From NCBI RefSeq assembly GCF_009914755.1, contig NC_060945.1: a stretch of 64,000 nt of DNA; one strand, written 5' to 3'. The notes below the pieces were generated by a model. That model worked only from the letters and a program-made list of their open reading frames with translations, was not told the DNA's origin and made no database searches. This DNA is from the human T2T-CHM13v2.0 reference genome, Homo sapiens. Positions 49,921-64,000 of the stretch are shown piece by piece (the first letter of the stretch is position 1; each line of letters starts with the position of its first letter). The position numbers and the translations under genes were made by a program.

Positions 49921-51789
49921 GAAAGGGCAGTCAGATGTGGAGGTCTCCCACCTTCTGCTACCCCCAGGTCTACCAGCAGGGTGGAGGATGGGCTCAGAGG
50001 CATTGGGGAAAGGGAGAGAGAAAGATGGGATGAGGGTTGTGGAGAGAAGGAAGAGAGGGGAGAGAGATGAAACAAACAGGTACACAAAGACAAAGGGGAA
50101 ATGAAAGATGGAAGAGGGAGGAGAAAGGAATCACTTGAGAATCACAAGTTAAAAGAGAAGTTTCTCTCAAGAGCTCTGAAACCAAAACCACACGAACTTG
50201 CCTTGAATTCTTATTTTCTAAAATTAACAGCAGAGCTTCAGAAATACCGTAGTTTCTGAGGAGTGCAGCTTTAAAGGTATCTGCATTCCCTTCAGGTCCA
50301 AAGGGGATCTGCAAAACCACCTCTCTCTCCCTCTGTACCCCAGAAGCAGCTTCCGTTTGCAAAAGAGGCTGCCTTTTATATTCTTTTACAATGTTAATAT
50401 TTGTTTTGCTCCATTGGTTTGTTTTGGCTTTTCTAAAGTGCTGATGAGCCGCCGTTGTATGAGTTCTGCCGATACTCTAGTTTCAACCACAATTTGGAAT
50501 GTTAGGGATCGGAAGATGATCCGAGGAAGGGAAGGGGTCACTGAGTAGAGGAGTATAAGGGCGAACTCTTAGCTATCCTTTATGCATGAAAATTTAAAGT
50601 ATATCAAGTTCAGCCAACACTCTAAGCTCTAGTCACCTGCTCTATTCAATAGTCCTGTCCCCTAGAGATTATCTTGTGTTTCAAGTATTTGCTTACTTTT
50701 CATGGGCTTTATACTTTTGGCTGAAAATGTTGCTGCAAAGATGTGGGCAGGATTAAATGACCACATGAGGTTTCAAAGGGCTCCCAGTAATTCTCCACTC
50801 CCAAAGAGGCTGACACCTGATCTTTGAAAGGCTTCTGCCCAAGCATTGGATTTGAGGACTGGAAAGGGTATCCGCCTTCAACCTATCATTTTACAGATCA
50901 GGAAATATTTACAAATCAGGAGCAGAGAGAGATTCTGTAACATATTCATACCCAAACAGCCAGTCCATGCCATGGTGAAGACTAGATGCTGAGATTCTTT
51001 GGGGAGGGAAGTCAGCAGTCCTGTGTTTATGTGTCCTACCACACTGCCCTCCAACAGGGGATGGTGCTTCGGAAGCAACCTCCCAGAGGAACATCTTAAG
51101 TCAAAAAGATGGTATCTTAGTGCTTGAAAGAAGCAATGCACAATCTGGTCAGTGGAGTGATGAAACCTAAGTGTCTGGGGGTAAGAAAAGGAACTGAGTA
51201 TCAGGAAGAAAATGGAAATTTGCAGTCTCAGGATTTGGAGGTCCAAGAACCCAGGACAGCAGGGATGTGGGTGAGATTAAAAATAAGATCAGTGCAAGGA
51301 ATAGCTACATCGTCCCAGATCTATGCAGTGAAGGGACTGTATCCCTCCCTAACCTAGACCTCCCCAGATCTATGTAGCCAGGAGATTGTTCCTCCCTAAC
51401 CTGGTAGAAAACTGCAGCAGAGTTTACTCCCTGGAGAGGTTGAACCCAAGTGCCTTTGACCTCAGAGACATCAGGAGTACCTCAGAGAGGCATGAGATTC
51501 TGTACTAAGAACAAGGGAATTAGGTGAAGGCGGGCATGCTCTTTGTCCATTCTTGAGCTCCCAAACACTAGATCCAGACTTATACCCCAACCCAGTCAGA
51601 AAAACACCCTTTGCCAGCAAGACTAAACTGTCTTGTCTAGTGGGAAAGGCCTACAGGTACTGACACTTAGCTATCCGTAGCGAAATGACAGGGTTCCTGG
51701 CCAATCTCCCAGGACCAGGTCTACCAGTCAATGGTGGACATTCCATACATGACAGAGATTTTACTCTCAATGCAGTTCTGTGCTTTGCT

Positions 51790-51950
51790 TTAAAAAAATT
51801 ATTTGTATTGAGGTGAAATTCAAGTAACATAAAAGCAATCATTTTAAAGTGAACAATCAGTGGTATTTAGCACATTCTCAATGCTGTGCAACCACCACCT
51901 CTATCTAGGTCCAAGACATTCATCACTCTGGAAGGAAACCCCTGTGCTTC
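51790..51950 (-). mobile_element. L1MB 3' end fragment
   Basis: tattgaggtgaaattcaagtaacataaaa…ttttaaagtgaacaatcagtggtatttag. Confidence 0.8.
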
Positions 51951-52714
51951 ACCTTCCACTGTGGGCAACCGGGAGTCACCAAACATTAGAGGAAAAGCTT
52001 CTGACATGAATGACAAACGAAAAAGACAACAGACAGGAGGAATGCAAAGGAAACAGAGAGCGAGAAGAGCAGAATGAAAATTAAAAAGCAAAACTTCTGA
52101 AACTTCTCAGAAAGATGAGAAGTCATTGAATATTTGAAACAGAAAACTGGTGCTTCAACAGTGTTGGGGGGATATATCTGTAAAATGTACAGAATGAGAA
52201 AGAGCTCTTAGAAATTCAAAGTATGAGCATGGAAATTTAAATAATCTTACAGAAAAGATTTTTTTTAAAAATGGAAGACTAAGAAGTTGAAAAGATCACC
52301 CAGAAAGTAGGCAAGTAATGTAAATAGGAAAGACAAGACAAGACAATTAGAATCTATGAGTCAGTCTAAAAATGTCAACATTGAATAACAGGAGTTGTAG
52401 AAAGAAAGAAAGAACAGAGAACATAGAAAGATGTTATTAAAGAACAAATACAGGAAAAACTTCCTAAACTGAACACATTAGTCTCCACATTAAAAGGGCT
52501 GCCTGAGTTTCCAGCACAAAGAATGAAAAAAGAGACTAACACCAAGGCTCACTGTAAGATTTTAGAAGAGCTGGCACAGGAAAATATCTTAAAATTTCCT
52601 GGAGGAAAAAAACATAGGCCACATATTGAGGATTTGAAATCAGAATGACATCAAACTTCTCAATAGTAATAATGGAATCTGGAAAACAATGGAGCAATGC
52701 TTTTGAAACTTTGA

Positions 52715-53142
<428 letters not shown>

Positions 53143-53203
53143 CTGGAAGCAAATTTTTAAAACAAGATGATATGAAGTCAAGGAAATAAAGGATTCAACA
53201 TGG

Positions 53204-53695
<492 letters not shown>

Positions 53696-53875
53696 TTAAG
53701 ATCTGGTAGACGCCATGAATTAACGTAAATACAAAGAAAATTAAGCAAATAGAAAAATGAGGCCATTATTAATTCTAGGAAAACAAAAGCTCTGCATGAG
53801 AAAGAAAAGGAAGCATGGTCAACTACATGGTTCAGAAGTATTTACGTGGTCAAAATAGTACAACATCTGGATATT

Positions 53876-54143
53876 GATTTTTTTTAATTTTTAATTTTTG
53901 TGGGTACATGGTAGGTGTATAGGTTGATGGGGTACATGAAATGTTTTGATACAGGCCTGGAATGCATAATGATCCCATCATGGAGAATGGGGTATCCATC
54001 CCCTCAAGCATTATCTTTGCATTACAAACATCCAATTATACTCTTTTAGTTATTTTAAAACGTACAAGTAAGTTATTATTGACTACAGTCACCCTGCTGT
54101 GCTATCAAATAGCAGGTCTTATTCATTCTTTCTATTTCTTATA
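53876..54143 (-). mobile_element. L1MA-type 3' end fragment
   Basis: tttttgtgggtacatggtaggtgtat…atggggtatccatcccctcaagcatt. Confidence 0.85.
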
Positions 54144-54340
54144 GCCTGATTACTGATTTGATCAAACATTGTTGTATAACTATATCAGAAGGCTCCGAAG
54201 GCAGAGGAAGTGTGGGTGAGCACTGGGGGAGTGAGTCTGGTATAAAAGTATCCAGAGTGAAGAAATCAAGAAATGGTAATATACACATGTTATTGAGAAA
54301 CCCAGAGGTAAAGACCATAAGAAGCGTTTAAAAAGACTTG

Positions 54341-54640
<300 letters not shown>

Positions 54641-55139
54641 GACTTGGCAGTGTTTGCCTCAATGGAGGAGGAATTAGCTGGGGGAGGAGTGGGTCAGAAG
54701 ACTGCTATTTCAGTATCAACCTTTTAATACTGTTTGGCTTTTTAAACTAGGTCCATAAATATCTTTGATAGAAATGTAGATTAATTTTTTAAACTCCGTT
54801 ACTGTAACAACTTGGCCCATCAACCAAGCTACAACAAATGAAGTTATACCCAGTGGCATGTGATGGTCCTCCCTGCTATAGCAAGTGGTTCACAGAGGAG
54901 AAACGCTACTCGCTGTCAAGTCCCATTTCTGAAAGAAGTGACCTCTTTTTCAACCCTGAGAAAATGCAGCCACTAAATACAAGTCAAATCTGGTTACCAT
55001 CGAAATCCAAGTGATGTGTAACCAAAATATTTGTAAGCCCCAGGTAATGGCCTAGTTATCCCAGTATAATGTGTTGTAACAGCATCTTCAAATACTAAAA
55101 AATGTATAGTAGTTGCTTTCACTCTGGGCTCCTATAGCA

Positions 55140-55370
55140 TCCTACTGCCCTTACCAATGGGTAATTTATCACATTTTTATTGTACTTTATTGTTGGGATT
55201 TTCAAAGTGTTTGTTAAATCGTCTGTCTTCATGAGGACAAAGACCATAACTAGTTAATTTTGTTTAATCCCCTGTGTCCAACACAGTAACTAATATATAG
55301 AAGGCATGAAGGAAATGTTCGATATATAAAGAAAGAAAAGACTAAATGAATTTAAAACAAATAAATAAAG
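55140..55370 (+). mobile_element. L2 3' fragment
   Basis: cttcatgaggacaaagacca…ccctgtgtccaacacagt. Confidence 0.6.
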
Positions 55371-55469
55371 CAGCATCCAAGATAATCAATGCATACTGAA
55401 AGTTTAGAGTGAAGAGGACCAAAACGAAGGGGCTGTTAAGAGTGACAAACACTGCAAAATCTGGGGAAT

Positions 55470-55700
55470 AACAAGAATGGCTGACTCTTACACAGTGTTT
55501 GCTATGTGCCAGCATGGTTCTGGGAGAGGCATGGGTAAGAGCTCAATTAATTCTCATAATAACCATGATGCAGGCTATCACTATTCCCATTTTATAGAGA
55601 AGTAAATAATTGGCCCCAAATCACACAGTCCTCAAGCAACAGAGGGGCCATGCTTAGGACCCAGGCCACCTGGCTCCAGAGTCTGTGCTCATAAGCACTT
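55470..55700 (-). mobile_element. MIR SINE
   Basis: ctatgtgccagc…attcccattttatagaga…tggctccagagtctgtgctc. Confidence 0.75.
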
Positions 55701-56202
55701 CACATGAAGGACTGAAGTCCTCAGAAGCAAAGGCCTAAGGGATATGGCCCAGGGAGCTGACTTGGCTGGGTACATTCAGCCAGTTTGGACTCGTTAAGAA
55801 AGTTCTAAAGGAGAAGAGGTCTTCAGTAGAGAATAAGAGCTTGTAGGGTGAGAGCTACCTGGAACCTTTAGATTGGGAGCAAGGCCTTACCTCAGGTTCC
55901 TCAGCTGTGTAGGAGGAGGGCTACCCTTTTCCTCCAAGTTGTTGAGCTGGGTAAGGGCAGAGCCAGTTGATGGGAGAGAGTGCCCAGGCACAACTGGGTG
56001 TGAACCAAAGGACAAATGGCTATGTCTGGTGCTCTTAGGCAAAGGCTGATTGTCCAAGGTTCTTGTTCTCTCTGGACCCAGGAGAGAAGAGCAAGAAGAC
56101 CAATCAAGTGAAAATAAAAGCTGGTTCCTGAGAATTTCTGCAGAAAACTGAGAGTGAGAGGACCCAAGGAAGCCCTGATTGGAGAAATAACAGAATCAAT
56201 GC

Positions 56203-56549
56203 TGTGGGCTGAATGTTTGTGCCTTCCCAAAATTTATTTATTGAAACCTAATGCCCAATGTGATGGGGTTAGGAGATGGGACATTTGGGAGGTGACTAGG
56301 TTATGAGAGCAAATCCTTCATTTGTTCCCTTTAAAAAAGACTCTAGAGATTTTGTGCCCCTTCCGCCATGTGAGGACACAGTGAGACAGCCGTCTGTAAA
56401 CAAGGAGGTGGGCACTTGCCAGACCCTGAATTTGCTGGGCCTTGATCTTGGACTTCCCAGCCTCTAGAGCTATCAGAAATAAATTTCTGTTATGTATAAG
56501 CCACACAGTTTATGGTAACCTGTTACAGCAGCCCAAGCTGTCTAAGACA
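56203..56549 (+). mobile_element. MLT1A0-like LTR
   Basis: tgtgggctgaatgtttgtg…cttgatcttggacttcccagcctctagagc…aaataaatttctgtt. Confidence 0.9.
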
Positions 56550-56689
56550 ACCAAGGAGGTACAATTCATAAGGAAACAGATTTTCCACATGGTTGCTGTG
56601 GGCCAAGGTTGACAGAACAGAATCTCTTGGGTCCTTCCATGATGCCAGGGCACTGTGGTCTCCCGAAACATGAGATAGAAGCTGAGAGA

Positions 56690-56970
56690 GATTGATTATG
56701 AAAATGTCTGCTATTCTTCACCCTTCCTTGTATCTACTGCTTTCAATGTTTCTTTGCAGTTCTGATCCCCAAACATGTGAGAGAGCCCAGCCAAGATCAG
56801 CAGAGCCACCTCCCTGACCCTCAGCCAACCTCAGATGGATGGATGAGCCCAGGTGAAACTAGAGGGACCATCCAGCTTACCTGTAGACTTGCAAGCAATA
56901 ACAATGCTTGTTATTTTATCCCACTGAGTTTCTGGGTGGTTGTTATGTAGGTATCATGAACTGATACAGG
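56690..56970 (+). mobile_element. MLT1G/H-like LTR fragment
   Basis: gagcccagccaagatcagcagagccacc…gcttgttattttatcccactgagtttctgggtggttgtta. Confidence 0.65.
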
Positions 56971-57319
56971 AACCATGTAGAATACCAGGAAGACAAGAGT
57001 TGCAGGACAACTCAGAGCTCCCCCTCTTCCTGCTCCTTGGGGAAGAGATATGGTAGGGAAACAGATGGACCAGCTAGCTAGTAGAGGCTATCAAATGAAT
57101 TTAAAAAAAAGAAAAAAAAAACAGCTACTCTTTAATGAGCACCTACTATGCACATGGCAACTTTGTGAGGTGGGCATGGGGGCAGCAGTCACCGCTAGAT
57201 GCCTACCCAATACATATTCTCCACTTCACTCTTCCTTTTTTACTAACAGAATCTTATTTGGGAGAGGAAACAATGTACCCATATTAAAAAATAATATTTC
57301 GTAAACTCCCTTGCAGTTA

Positions 57320-57745
<426 letters not shown>

Positions 57746-57762
<17 letters not shown>

Positions 57763-57954
57763 GAGAAAAAGAAAGAAAGAAGGAAAGGAAGGAAGGAAGG
57801 AAGGAAAGAGAGAAAGAGCGAGAGAGTGAGAAAGAGAGAGAGAGAAAGAGAAAGAGAGAAAGAAATAAAGAAAGAAAGAAAGAAAGAAAGGAAGAAAGAA
57901 AAAGAAAAAGAAAGAGAGAGAAAAAGAGAGAGAAAAAGAAAGAGAGAGAGAAGG
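57746..57954. repeat. GA-rich polypurine tract (expanded Alu tail)
   Basis: ~208 nt with only 3 pyrimidines; GGAA/GAAA/GA units. Confidence 0.95.
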
Positions 57955-58249
57955 CTGGAACTATTACAGCCATCTTATTACCATGAGGGAAAAGCCAAGA
58001 GAATTACAGAGACTTACACCATGATATTATTTAGCCTCTGAACTAAACACTACCAAATGCCAAACCCAGATATCATGTCGCATGAGGGGGAAAAAATCCT
58101 CAGTTTTTCACACCATACTTTGTTGGAGTTTTTCATGACATGGATCCAGCCTATTTCCAAGTAATACATCGAAGATTATTTTCATTTTACAGATCAGAAA
58201 ACCAACACTTGGAGAAATTAAAAGCTTGCCCCGGGCTGCCAGTATATTA

Positions 58250-58735
58250 TTATATTAATGATCTCCAGTGAATTCCACCTCCCAGTATCTATATCCTTCT
58301 ATAATTCACCCTCCCTCCCATATTAACTCAGAACTTGACCATGTGACTTGCTTTGGCCAATGGGACATCAGTAAATGTAATGCAAACAAAGGCTTTATAA
58401 ATGCACGTGCACTTATAAAGGGGCTTCCCTTTTTGGAATGGTCCCTCCCTCCACCATGGGAAGAAACCTTGTCTTCACATGTTTCTCACATGAGAGACCA
58501 GGATGAGAAAAGACCACATGGAGAAAGAGGCCCACCTGTCCCAGTGATTCTAGACATTCCCCCTGGGACCTGCCAGCCCTCGCTGCAGCCACACAAGTAA
58601 CCCCTGCAAAGACCGGCAGAGGAGCCTCCCAACTGAGTCCCATCCAAACTGCAGAATTTTTGAACAAATACATGGTTGTTAATTCAAACCACGAAACATT
58701 GGGGTGGTTTGTTACACAAAAGTATATAACTGCTA
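58250..58735 (+). mobile_element. MLT1F/G-like LTR inserted in a minus-strand MIR
   Basis: ttgaccatgtgacttgctttggccaatgggacat…ggggtggtttgttacac; MIR halves at 58170-58240 and 58740-58820. Confidence 0.75.
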
Positions 58736-59792
58736 CGCCTAGCTAATAAATGGCAATAGCAGAACTTGAATTTAGATCTGTTTGACACCAAGGGCCACGT
58801 TTGTAACCACTCTCCTATTCCCCACCACCATACTCCTGTTTTACTTGTTTAGTCTACACGCTTCCCCCAGGCCTGAGGAAAGACTTGCATTTCCCGTTCA
58901 GATTCTGTAAAATCACTTTCCCACGTTGGTGGCTTTTCCTTTCTACTCTGAGCTCTGGACTCTAAGTTGACAGAGTTCCTGTCGGAAAACAAAGAGCATC
59001 TGATGCCGACTGAACCTCCAGACACAATCTTGCTCTGATCTCCATTCTCCCGGCTCCAACGCCTTCAACATGTGTGCAGAACTGAGTCAATGATGTCAGA
59101 GAGGTGGAACTATTCCCAGAGGGCATTTCATTCACCTAATAATAAAATGTGTGTGTACCTCTCCACTGCCAATCCCTTCTGCAATTAAAGTAGGAACATT
59201 TTGCATTCAGGGTGTTCTTGTCATGACTGAAGCCTCAAAGGGCTTTGCAACCCTGGGTGAACCCTCCCGATACCAAGGCCCGTATCTGCCAATCCCTGTC
59301 ACCCAACACTCCCTTGAGATGACCTCAAGGCATGTATGCTGAATTGAATACCTTTTCCAAAAAGAACCTCTCTGAAGACATCTATTTAACTTGCATTTTC
59401 TATGGTACTAGCGTGGTTTAGTTAGGGACATGGACCCTATGTGTGTTGAGGATTTGGTGTAGGTTTCACAGTCTGGCTGTTGGTACTAGCTTCCCCTGTG
59501 GCACCTCAGTTCATCCCTGTGTGGCCTCTCATCTTCCAGTAGGTCCGGCCAGCTTCCTTATGTGACATCCACAAGAAAATGTTCCAGCTTTGTAAGTCAG
59601 ACAGTGTCACTTTTACCACATTCATTTCATTAAAGAAAGTCGCATGTTTCCAAGAGTGAGAAAACAGACTCTACTTCTTGAGCTGCCAAGCACCTAGGGC
59701 CATATTGAATCTTCTATGCCTGTATTCAAGGTGAATTGTTGTTATTGACTATTACTTAGGCTGAAGAATGGGACTGACCTCTTTAAGAGTAA

Positions 59793-59803
59793 TGCTGAGT
59801 CAT
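59793..59803 (-). promoter_or_regulatory. Perfect NRF2/BACH1/NFE2-sMaf antioxidant response element
   Basis: TGCTGAGTCAT (= ATGACTCAGCA) with A/T-rich flank on the GC side. Confidence 0.5.
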
Positions 59804-60029
59804 CCAGTCAGCCTCAGCCCAAAGACAACACTCCAAGCTGACAGGCGATATTGAGGTCAGTGCAGACACACGGTTTTAGAGCAGAGCAAAAATCACAAGA
59901 CAGGTCAACAAAGAGAAAGACTGGAGGTGTAAGGACTGCCCTGAAGAGGCACCTGAGAACCTTTCACGGGTGAGAACCACAAAGAGAAATTGAGGCGGCT
60001 GGGAGGAGTGGGGAGGGATGAGGGTTGGG

Positions 60030-60420
60030 CAAGTACCTACCATGTACCAGGTGCATGTCACGAAGGCCTCACACAACCCATCATCATCCTCGTTGCAAAT
60101 CCTCACACTATGCTAGTGCCAGGGCTGTTGTGCTAATCACTTTATGCAAATGACTTAGTTAATATCAGCAACAATTCTGAGATAGGTGTCACTGTGTCTC
60201 CCATCTCACAAATAAAAGAAAACTAAGTCCCAGAGAGGTTAAGTAACTATCCCGAAGTCACACAGCTAGTAGCCAATGGAGTTAGGTTGGGCCATTGTAC
60301 AGAGGAGAAAAATGAGGCTCAGAGAGATTAAATAACTTGCCAAAGAACACAGAATTGAACTAAGAGTCATGCCTAAATCTTTCTGACTCCCAAAAACGGG
60401 GCTCTTTCCTTAAGTGCACT
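60030..60420 (-). mobile_element. MIR fragments
   Basis: aaaactaagtcccagagaggttaagtaact…gtcacacagctagt; aatgaggctcagagagattaaataacttgcc. Confidence 0.8.
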
Positions 60421-60750
60421 GTGTTGCCTCTGAAGTATTTGCATCATGAGAAAGATTATTCCAGACCCTTCCAGAAAGAGAAGACTGGCTGCCATGGAAG
60501 AGGCAGACCCAGTCACCCAGACCTTCTTCATGAAGCAAATTTAACATGAAATTAAAAGTGGGCATTTAAGAATACACTTAAGCTATGAATACACTGTATG
60601 CTGCACCCCTAATAATACAAGTGAAGTCAGAAAAGGCAGTGTGTGCCTGGTGCTTACATTTCTTTTCTTTTCTTTCTATTTTGATGTTTAATTTCTTGGC
60701 AGTAAGGAGAATTAACTACTTCCTGTCTTAAACAAATGGGGACATATTTA

Positions 60751-61219
<469 letters not shown>

Positions 61220-61854
61220 CTACTCAGAGTCGGTCCAGCCTGCAGGCAGCGAGAGGATTTCCCCTGGATCCTGAGCCTATCTGTGCCTTCCTTGAGGCAG
61301 CGTTGGTGGGTTCTAGACGGAGAAGAGGGAACGAGGAATTTAGTGGGAAAACCACCGCTCTGGAAGGTGCCCTTGGGAAGGCAGCTCGGACCCTAATCAG
61401 ACCTAACAAATTCCTGAGTAGAGAAAGAAGAGACGTTGGCATGGGGTCTTTCCAGTCTGTGCTTGGAGAAACGCCCACTTGGGTTTTGGCCATCTGCCTA
61501 TTATGTTCTAGAAAATTCCACAGGACCCTGAGGGATGAGGCCATTCTGGGAGGGAGCTGAAAAGCAGGATGTGACAGCAGAGATAAGGGATCCTGGCAGG
61601 GATCTCCTGCAGACAGAGGGGTGCAGAGCCACCCTCCCTGGGAAGAGAGCTCGGGCTTCCCACCTTCAGACTGGGCCTCAGCTCATGACCCATTCCAAAG
61701 ATGGAAAAACTTAACTGATTACCATTTTCATGAAACATCTTTGATTTTTCATTGTCTTAGTGAGCCTGGGTTGTAGTGAAGCTTGCAGTTGAGACAAGGA
61801 TGGAGAACGAGCACTAGGGAGAAGGTGGCAGGGCTGTGTTAAAAATATCTGAAT

Positions 61855-62350
<496 letters not shown>

Positions 62351-63099
62351 TTAGCTCCCTCCTGCCCTCCGAGCCTCTTCCTTCCCTCCCCATCCCCTCT
62401 CTGAGCCGGCATTTCTTCCATCTGCCCAGTCCCTGTCTACACATTATTCCTCTTTTGTGATCTCAATGTAATGGAGTGAAATTATCACATAAACACAGGA
62501 AGAGTCTCTGGGCCTCTTCTCCTCTCCCCACCTCCTCTCCAGCATCCATCTCCCTCTGGCATTGTCTGTGTGGGCTGTTGGCCACATCTCACTCCCCGCT
62601 CCCTGCAGGCACAAACCCAAAAGCCTCACACATTTCAGGCCTCAGAGGGAGGGAGCAGGCCATGGCACATCTGTCCGAGACCTCCCCCTGCCTTTCGTTT
62701 TGGGACTGTTCAGACCAACCCACTTTTTTCTTTTCCCCAGTGCCCAAGGGTCTCACCACTTAAAATCACACTCAGATTTCCACGGCAAGTTGAAGCTTTG
62801 GCACCTCAGGTGTCCACTGAAATCTCAAACACCCCACAGTCACCCCCAGAGGATTAAGTAGCTTCGAGCTCAAACTTGGAGGATTTCTGGAGAAATGGGG
62901 TTCCAGCAGGTACTGGATTCAGTTCAGTCTAACTTCCCCGGAATCGTTTCATCCCTCTAGAAAAGACTTGGGGTTCCCAAAGTGTAACCTGGCCCTCTGG
63001 AGAGGGCGTGAGGGAGTGAGGTGCTTGTAATGGCCCAAACACTGCTGCTGGACTTGAACTTGATCATCATCAAACAGTTTACTGCTAGGATTCTGATTT

Positions 63100-63255
63100 T
63101 CAAGGAGCTAGGAGTGACTCACTTCATTAAAAGCAAGCACACACTATGTACCCCAGCTTGCTCCAGTTTCTACATGACCCCAGCATTTCCCCAGTGCCTG
63201 CAGGAGTACCTGGCACATAGGGGGCTTCCCAAAACGTTTGTTGATTGAAGAAATG
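63100..63255 (+). mobile_element. L2 3' end
   Basis: ttccccagtgcctgcaggagtacctggcacatagggg…aacgtttgttgattgaa. Confidence 0.75.
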
Positions 63256-64000
63256 ACCTCACCCTCTCAAGAGGCTGCCAGCCTCCCGCAGCCCGCAGGA
63301 AAGGAATCTGGAAGCTCCCTGCAGAGGGGAAGTTGTCTGATGGTCATCTTTTAGTTTGTTTTCTCTAAGCCTTCACAGTGGGTACTGACTACATTCACCG
63401 TTCATATTTTACAGAGAAAAATATTCATCACTTCCCTCTCAGAAAATCAAACGCTGCTTTGCATGTTGGAGAAGAAGCACGATCTAAAAATCCCCACTGG
63501 GTAGAGCCAGGCAGAGTGATTCATACCCTCTATTCAGAGGCAAGAATGACATATGTCGTGCACATGTGCCCAGCGCCGACCAAGCGGCCAAGCTGGATTC
63601 TCAGAGCAGCCCACTCAGAAGAACATTCCTTATTTTTACCCTTTGCCAAAAACAGAAACTCACACCAATGCTCCCTCATAAATAGCCTTGCCATTTCAGA
63701 AGGCTGCTTCGAAGTACAAGATGCTCAGTGGAACTGAGACCACGGAAGCACGACTGTGGTTTATAGAAACTGAATTAGACTCATTATCTAAGAATGAAAG
63801 CATTCAGCTTCTAAATATACAGTAGCATTTATTTCTGGCCCACCCTCCGTGTTTGTGTACTTTTTATTTTTTTTTTTAGAAACCTATACCTTTTTAAAGA
63901 CACTCTCTACAGCACTTGCCACAAAGGACCAGTTTCTAAGTGTGGTTTAAAATAGCTGGTGGCCTCTGGTGCAGTAAAAGGGAAAATCGGAGGAGGGCAG

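Overview
Primate, almost certainly human, non-coding genomic DNA (intergenic or deep intronic). An AluYb8-lineage insertion at 23229 points to human. I find no credible protein-coding exon, RNA gene or CRISPR array. The supplied ORFs are Alu, LTR or microsatellite read-throughs, or chance ORFs. Much of the window is interspersed repeat: about 25 Alus, several old L1 fragments, a HAL1, L2/MIR/CR1 fossils, many MaLR LTRs (MLT1, three THE1), MLT2, LTR16, MER68/77-like and LTR8 solo LTRs, and DNA transposon remnants (hAT-Tip100, MER1A, MER5A, Tigger1). I do not see a new biological system. The main things worth checking are: (1) a ~262-bp local templated duplication with a stuttered junction (12953-13217 copied to 14255-14516); (2) a young AluYb8-like element with an oddly imperfect TSD; (3) a target site hit twice, leaving three TSD copies; (4) a nested transposon stack; (5) a closely spaced inverted Alu pair; (6) candidate regulatory sites (NRF2/sMaf ARE, CTCF, DUX4 sites in all three THE1 LTRs, a CpG-rich patch next to a (CA)n tract). 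Repeat subfamily names come from recalled consensus motifs. Boundaries of old repeats are approximate.
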